A stretch of DNA of 64,000 nt from Antedon mediterranea. Lineage: Eukaryota; Animalia; Echinodermata. Made by a program: the position numbers and the translations under genes. A model generated the notes under the pieces. The model saw only the letters and a program-made list of their open reading frames with translations, was not told the origin of the DNA and did not search any database. How positions within the stretch are numbered: position 1 is the first letter of the stretch; each line of letters opens with the position of its first letter. Below, piece after piece: positions 13,701 to 22,700 of this stretch. Location: the NCBI RefSeq assembly GCF_964355755.1, contig NC_092678.1, positions 15,295,881 through 15,359,880 on the forward strand. The letters run 5' to 3'.

Positions 13701-16700
13701 CTTGTTGTTAGATTACATTGCATAAACATAGAAAGTACTGAAGTCATTTCCTTTTATTACAATCTATACAAGATTAAACATAAACAAACACTAACTAATT
13801 CAAATACGAATACAATTGAAACGAATACATACCGTGGTAATGTCGTGTATATTTCAAAAATTCAATTTATTAATTGATTCTTATCTTCTGTATAGGTTCC
13901 AGAACTATTGCTCCACAAATATGCAGTTGATGATTTTGCTCAACGGCTATGGGCTTACCTGTCAATCAAAGACATGCTACAGAGACGAAGTATCAGTAAC
14001 AATGTCACCGAAAAAGACGAATTAAAAGAAAAGGCTCTGCAGTTATCACTTGAGTACCATTTTGTAACTCCTTTGACCTCATTGGTCGTTGTTAAGCCGG
14101 ATGAAGATAAGAAAGAATACGTGCAGGATGAAATAAATTCACTATCAGAAGAACGAGAAGTACAGCCGTCTCAAAGTGGGGGTAAATAAAATCATTACTT
14201 TATTTTTAATATTTATAAACGGTATTGTAATGGATTTTCGTCATATAATGGATTTCAGCTTGAAGATGACAACTACCCTATTTACACTTACGATTGTGTT
14301 CTGGGATGTTCATTTGCCACTCCATGCCAGAATCAGAACCAAACTTAGATATTTGAGCCTGAATCTGATTGACCGTGCGTTCCTAACGATAGCCAGGGAG
14401 ATTAATTGACTTCATTTTGTCACGGTTTACTGCATAAGCTTGCACAAACATTAAAGTCGCTCCTGGACCCGCCTTGAGAGGTGGTCCAGGTATGCATCCG
14501 GCTCAGGGCCGGCCTAGCTTTATGAGTGTTTACACTTATAGATTGTCAAATTGTAAGTGTAAAGAAGCTGACAAACTAGACTAAATCTCTGACTACACTA
14601 TCAAACTAGTAGGACAAAAAATGTGTGTGCCCAAATATGGTTGTGATATGACATCATCATGTCTATATAGGGGCACATTACAGTTGTTTGTCACATAACG
14701 TTTGATAATGTAGACTGAGTTTCACAGCCGAAAGAGATACAAGCATCTTCTAACGATTAGAATCATGACGTTAAAATATAGCGCAACTGTGACAATTGAC
14801 GATGTCAGCCAAAATTATATTACCATTATTTATTTTTAGTAAAACAACTTTCAATAATTTGTGTTTAGGATCATTTGCAAGAATGGCCAGTCAAATTCAG
14901 GCCAGTCCAGTTAGAGGGCCAGGTATAGTATACATACTTAATAGACATTAAAATACATTTTTTTCTTCTAAAAATGAAAGGCTGCTGCGCATCTTTGGCA
15001 TAGCAAAATTATATGTGCATAAAACAATTTTAGCTTATCGAGGGAACACATTGTTCTGTTAGAAACAGGCTTTATGGACTTGAAATGATTCAATTAGAAA
15101 TGTTGATACATTTATATCACCACTTAATTCTGCTACAGTCAATAGGTGCATAATGCTGTACTTTTAACACACCCTACACTGTTCTGTATTACCTACGGTA
15201 GAATCTATGACTTCATATTTGATTTGAAATGTGGTTAATACAAAACAGATAAAACAGAATAGTTTTACAATTTTAGAAAAAAGTTTTTTTAATTTGTTTG
15301 GGTGGAACATGTTTAGTAAAATAAATTATCCATAGTTATGTAATGGACAAATGTGACCAAATATAGTAAAAAAATGGTATCTGTGGTTAATATTGCTAAT
15401 ACTGTCAGCTGTAAATGTACTTGACAAAACTGGGTTTCTATAAATGATCAATTCTAAATTATTTGCATTTTTTCCAGGTCGTCCTTCATCACAAAATCTA
15501 GCCAAACGTAAACAATGTAAGTTTGTAACAAGTTGTTATCAACAATAACAATAACGGTACTAACGGTACAGAGACACAGCTTTTAACAGATGCCGATAAA
15601 TGTTCGCAAAATACAAATACTGAGTATCATCAGTAGGCAATACAATTGTAGTTAATCATAAATTGAACAAGGCCATATACATGGTTGCAGTCGCGTACTC
15701 AAGTAGTGTTTACTGACTAACCGACCGACCGACCGACCAACTGACCGATATAGTGAGCTGTAGATTCACGTTGCACGCGACAAAAAATACCATGTGGCTA
15801 TAAAAAGAAACGTTACCTGTATCAGATCGGGTTTTAGTGAAAGAATGAATAATATATTGGTGTTGGTAATAGTACTTAATTTACCCTAATTACAATAGAG
15901 TGTTTTGAAAAAAAAAAGTTTACTCTAATATTTTCTTTTTATTTAATTTAAACTGATTCAAAAGAAGGCATATGACAATGCCTTCGAGAGTAAATGACAA
16001 AAATCAAATAAAATAGAGTCGTTTTGCGCGGAATGAAAAAGACTGATATAGGCTACTTGTGCTAAATATCTATAGTGAACAAAATAACAAGAAAGCCTAG
16101 GGCATACCCTGTACTTTACCTGCAAAAGAAGGATAACCACAAAGAATGACGAAAACTATTATGGTAAATTAGTAAACAAATTAATGTAAAGCAAGAAAAA
16201 CTGTCATTTTCTTTATAATTTTAGGTTAATGTAGCAATATTAGATTGTATGCAGGTAGTTAACAACTCTACAGCTCACTATGTCGGTTGGTTGGTTGGTC
16301 GGTCGGTAAACACCAACTGAAATTTGCGCACGCAACTGCAGCCATGTCTATGGGCTTGTTACTTTACCATCTTGTTTAAATTCCCAGCGTTTTGACTAAA
16401 GTGTCATCATGGTTCAATCTTTGGACTTTTCATTTCCAAAAGAAACATTAGAAAACACTTAAATGAAATATTATAATATAATATTTATAATATATACAGT
16501 ACATATCATTACAATACAAACACTTTTAAACACTTCTTTTTTTACATTGCAGGGAAATCGTTTGGTAAGTGTTAATGTGTGTTTTTTTTAATATTTATTA
16601 TAATACCAAAATGAATTATGGTGATCAAACTTTTACACTTGCATGTCCTAAACTGTGAAACATCTTCCTAATCCAATTCCAATACACCTTATATCGAAGT

Positions 16701-19700
16701 TGTTTAAACACATCTTTTTTGTTAGTTGTAATTTCAATCTGTTTTCACCCATCTTTATTTGTAAGAGCTTTGGGCATTCTGTTGATCTGTTGATCGCTAT
16801 TATAAATTTGAAAACATTAACATGTGTTTAGATCCTACTCAACATCAGTTGCTGATATTATAACGGGTACAGTGTTAAACATACTACAAAAAAATGGCAT
16901 TTTTTTGTTGTTTTTTTTTTATTTTTCAAAGAATAGATTTAAAATATGAGAATAGATAACAGAGGTATTGTCCCACTAAAACATGAAAATGAAGATTAAT
17001 AAAAATTAAACTTTGAACAGGCCATATTTAAAGTTAAATACTTCCATAGACAGAAACGATAACAGAATAAAGTTTTCACTTACAAAATGACAAAATAAAC
17101 CAAATAACAACTAAAACACCATTGGCTGGCAACCAATATGACAATTCTTTTCTTAAAATTACCGTTTTTCCTAGTAAATATTCTGTTTTTGATTGATTTT
17201 TTGGTAAAAGTGGATAAATATATACATGAGATTTGTGTATAGTGAATTTCTACAAAAAGAGAGATATGTATATTTAGTTATGCAATAATTGTCTAACTAT
17301 TTTGTTATTAGCTGATGGCGATCCTCACTTCATGGTTAACGTCCCACAGTCAGATCTGTACGTTTGTTTCAATATTATGGGATCTTTTGGAGAGACTTAT
17401 AGATTAATACACGATCCAGAAAACGGTAAGATAAGTGTTACATTGTAATACATCATGTTGTACCAACGATACAACATAATGATAAAGAATAGCCCTACTT
17501 AAAGTTTAACACCACATGCCAGTGTTTACAAAACATTTTCCCGCGCATCAAAATGTCATTTATGGGGCGTCATCGCCGCCAAAGTTATCAAGGAATAAAA
17601 CAATAACTATAACAATTAATGTACACTATCCGATAAAATCAATCACACAGACCTCTTTAATGGTAAACACTCAATACAATAAATACAATAATTACATTGA
17701 TAATAAAGATACGTAGATACATAGTTTATGGGTTAAGATACACAGAAGCCAAAGTGCCTTGTCTTTGTAGTCCTAAGCATAAACATAATACATAAACGGA
17801 CGCATTACATCAAGATAATTATACGAATCTATTTTACAGAATTATTTGAATAAACATAAAAAGAAAGCGCAATGCTGAAAGTAATGATCATTAATATTTT
17901 ATTTATTAATAATATTATTATTATCTTCTGTATTATTATTATAATTATATGTAAATTACATGACATGGTCGTGATCGTCTCTCTTACAAAGGTATAACGG
18001 TTACTGGTAATATTATTGAAGAGCCGTTCGTTCGACCAGGAAAACTTAAAAAGCGTTCATACTTCGGCGAAGTAACGTTCGAGATTGGTAAGAAAACAAT
18101 AACGGTAAACCCGTCGGAAATAATCTTTGATGGAATCCATGAGTTTTCCTGGGATTATGATGTATCGATTGGGTCTCCTGATTTGTCTCTGAGCATCGAA
18201 GACCACCGGTTCACTCGAATATACGTTTGCGAAAACATTACATTGGTGGCATTGCGACATGCTGTTACTGGAGAAAATATCATGAAAGTTGGATATATGG
18301 GAGTGTACATTGAAAATGGACAAGGTCTGTCAAGCAAAGTCCATGGACTCATTGGTAAGAAAGTTTACATCATCTATAAACGATTTAAACATTTCTTACA
18401 CTACTTGGAAATGTTTTGTTCTTCTTTGAATGGATTTTACCTTGTTATTTCTTCTTTTTAAGCCTTTCCCTAAATAAGTATATATAAGATATTTATAAAT
18501 GTCTTCTTCTTTGTCCTTCCTTCTTTTGAATTTTTATTCTGTATGTTGAAAGAAATATATTCCTTATCTTATTTTCATTTCACAACAAATACTATTTCGC
18601 TCATTAGATTTTGCTTTTTTTTCTCTTACAATCAATATTATTGAAGTTCATATTTTCACGGATGAATGTATATTGTTACGACCACTTTTGGCCTAGGCCG
18701 AAATACCTAAATAAATAGCAACAACGAGGCTTGGAACAGACAATAGTCGACACTCAGAGTATTATGCAAAGAGCACGAGCTCTATTTATTTCCTTTCACG
18801 AAGCACAAAATACATAACAACACAATTATAGATACGTATGATACCGAGTGGTTGGTTTGCCTGGCCATCTGTACACATCACAACCTTCTTATTCTTATCG
18901 TCCTGCCTTGCTTCCAGTATCAAGCACAGTTCTAACCGCAAGCGTCCTTAGCTGGCCCTGTCTCCTGAGTGACTCCCTTCTTTGTATCCCACACCCAGCA
19001 CAGCTTTCCAAAATACCGCGCACCACCATGCTCCATTCTGATTCGTCCACTTGACCACCGACGACTTGATTCATTTGCATGCGACATGTGACACCTGACT
19101 CTCGTCACACGTAACACTCTCCCCCTTAAAGTTAGTTTTTCGTCAGGAAAACTTTTGGTGCCTCCTCACCAACCACTGGTATTTACAAAAACATCTCTAA
19201 TTTATTACACAATTTCAATTTCACATTACATCATATATTTTCATTTTATTCATCTATTTTTTTTTTTTTTAACACTTCCATTTTTATTACATTTCCTACT
19301 TTTCTTTACCTTAGAGCTACATATCACTATTTTAACTTGTATTATTTACTTTTTTTTTTTCACACAAGTATACATACATTATTCTTAATTTTACACATCT
19401 ATATTCATTTGCATTACATTCATAATATTTATATTCATTTGCATTACATTCATAATATTTATATTCATTTGCATTACATTCATAATATTTATATTCATTT
19501 GCATTACATTCATAATATTGTTCACACCCCACGAGACAGAGCATCGGCAATCACATTTTCCTTTCCTTTAACATGCTTAATCTCAACATTGTATTCTTGT
19601 AAAGTTAGTCCCCACCTCAGCAACCGCTGATTTTTATTTCGCATTTTATAAATAAAGGTAAGTGGGTTGTGGTCAGTGAACACAAGTATTGGGTCTACGG

Positions 19701-22700
19701 TAGTGCTTAGATATACATCAAAATGCGTTAACGACTCCAATAGTGCCAGACATTCTTTCTCAATAGTCGAATAATTCATTTGGTGTTTACTTAATTTTCT
19801 AGAAAAATAACATACGGGACATTCTATCCCATCAACGTTCTTCTGCATGAGAACGCTACCAATCCCCACATCACAGGCGTCTACATACAAACGGAATTGT
19901 TTCTTAAAATCCGGTGCTATAAGGATTGGTTCACACATTAGCATAGACTTAATTTTCCTAAAGGCACTTTCACATATATCCGACCACTTAAATTTTACAT
20001 TCTTCTTAAGCAATTCTGTAAGAGGACCTGCTACGCTAGAAAAATTGGGACAAAACTTCCGATAGTACCCCACCATCCCTAAAAACCTCATCAACGATTT
20101 TTTGTTTGTGGGTGCTGGGTACCGATAAATACTCTCAACCTTAGCCCTGATGGGTCTAACCCTTCCCTGCCCCACAACATGACCAAGATACGTAACCGTA
20201 GCATGACAGAATTCACTCTTACTTAAGTTTACAGTTAGGTTTGCTTGTGACAAAGCTTTAAACATTTCATTTAACTGTTGCATGTGTTGCTCCCAAGTTT
20301 GACTGTATACAATCAGGTCATCAACATACGCCTCGCAGCCTTCTACGTTAGCTACAAGTCGATTTACCATTCGTTGAAATGTCGCGGGCGCATTCTTAAG
20401 GCCAAACGGCATCACCCTGTATTGATAAAGCCCGAACGGGGTACAGAAAGCAGAAATTTCCTGGGCGCGCGGCGTTAGTGGCACTTGCCAGTAGCCTTTT
20501 AAAAGGTCAAATTTACTAACAAATTTTGCGTTCCCCACCTTATCTATTAAATCTTCAATTCTCGGAATTGGATACGAGTCTGTTTTTGAACAACGATTAA
20601 CTGCTCGCATATCCGCCACGAGTCTATATGAACCATCAGACTTGGGAACAAGCATGCATGGCGAACTCCAGTCGCTTTTACTAAGCTCAATTATACTATT
20701 TTTTAACATATATTCAATTTCCTTATAGAGATACTTCATTTTAATTGGATTCACCCTGTAAGGATGTTGCTTAATAGGTTGTGTATCCCCAACAATGATA
20801 TCATGGATTGCAGCATTTGTTACACTAGGGGTGTCAGAAAAGATACCGTTCCATTTATTCACAAGTGTACTCAATTGACTCTGCTGTTCTATTGATAAAT
20901 GAGTTAACTTTTGTTGTAAATTGTTCATTACATCAGAGTTGCTTAGTTTTAAATCATATTCCTTGCCCTTTTCTTTTAAATCATTGTGAGAGCCACCGTC
21001 ATTGTTACAAGCTACAGCCGCACAATTTGGTTTTACATCGCGAGAAACATGTTCGGCATATTCTTTAAGCATATTAATGTGACATAATTGTCTACTCTTC
21101 CGTCTCCCTGGTGTATTTATGACATAATTTAGATCATTTATTTTTGAGTCGATTTCGTATGGACCGTGAAATCGCGCTTGCATTGGGCTCCCCTGAATGG
21201 GAAACAACGCCAAAACCTTGTCCCCAGGTTTAAAAACCCTGCTTTTTGCATTTTTATCATACCAAGTTTTCATCTTAGTTTGTGCTTTTACTAAATTTGC
21301 TTTAGCAATGACGGTCGCCCTGTTAAGTTTATGCCTAAAGTCACATACATAATCCAATAAATTTACATTATTTAGTTCTCCTTGGAGCCACTTGTCTTTC
21401 AGCAATTTTAATGGTCCCCGCACGGAGTGACCGAAGACCAACTGAAATGGGCTGAAACCTAATGTTTCTTGTACAGATTCTCTGGCTGCAAAAAGAACTA
21501 AATGTACCCCTTCGTCCCATTCCCTTTGAAACTCTACACAATATGCCCTTAACATGTTTTTTAACGTTTGGTGAAATCTTTCTATAGCACCTTGAGACTC
21601 TGGGTGATACGCACTAGATGTTGATTGCTCTATGCCCAATTGTAACATAATTTGTTGGAATAACCCTGACTTAAAATTAGTGCCCTGGTCAGATTGAATT
21701 GATGTAGGCAAACCAACTAATGTGAAGAATTTAATTAAAGCTTTGACTACCGTTGCTGCCTTAATATTTCTAAGTGGGACTGCTTCGGGAAAACGCGTAG
21801 AGCAGCACATAATAGTAAGGAGATATTGATTTCCGGACTTTGTTTTTGGCAATGGACCAACGCAATCTATCATAACTTTGCTGAATGGTTCCCCAAAAGC
21901 GGGTATTGGCTTAAGCGGTGCTACCGGAATTTTCTTATTTGGCTTTCCCACAACCTGGCATATGTGGCACAAACGGCAATAGCGTGATACTTCCTTTTTA
22001 AGAGATGGCCACCAGAAATGTTGAATAATTTTATCATGTGTTTTTCTAACACCCAAGTGCCCTGACATAGAGTTGTCATGGGCTATGCCTATTACATCGT
22101 CGTGATAGACTTTCGGGACTACAATTTGATGTACCACAGCCCACACATCATGTACCTGTGCATGACGTGGCCTCCATTTTCTCATAACAACGTTATTTTC
22201 TTTATAGAAGCAGACCGGTAGTTTTGCCGCCTCCTCCTTAGGTAACACCCTAGACCCCAATTTCTGTATAAATGAATCATCTTCTTGTTCCTTGATCAAC
22301 ATTTCTGTACTTAAAGGCTCTCTTTTTCTACTTTTGGGTTCACCTGACCCTACATTTAAGGAAGTGTCGCACTTTGTCTTTTTGATATCTTCACCTGGGT
22401 TATAAAATTCTAGATTTGACATGAATGTCCCCTCTAAATCTAATCCATCGTTATCGGACATTCTATCTTCAATTTTCTGTGTCATTGCACGTGTTACAGC
22501 GCAGGCGGGGTATTCCCAATCATTGTCGGGCGTACCAGTTTCACATAGCACATTAGACTCTTGTAGTGTGCGAGTTAAATTATCGTTAATCATTAATTCA
22601 GGTAACACCCTACCGCCAGCCAAATCATTACCCAAAAGCATATCAATACCCTTTACTGGAAGCTCCGGTACAACACCTATTATCGCTTCCCCTTTAACTA

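Noticed and set aside
18848-19117. Short ORFs duplicated at 24441-24710
   Set aside because: They lie within the LTRs; the duplication only reflects LTR identity.
19332-19630. Repetitive ORFs ([10 protein letters not shown])n and ([11 protein letters not shown])n
   Set aside because: Artefacts of a 30-bp tandem repeat. The repeats are contiguous with no spacers, so it is not CRISPR-like either.
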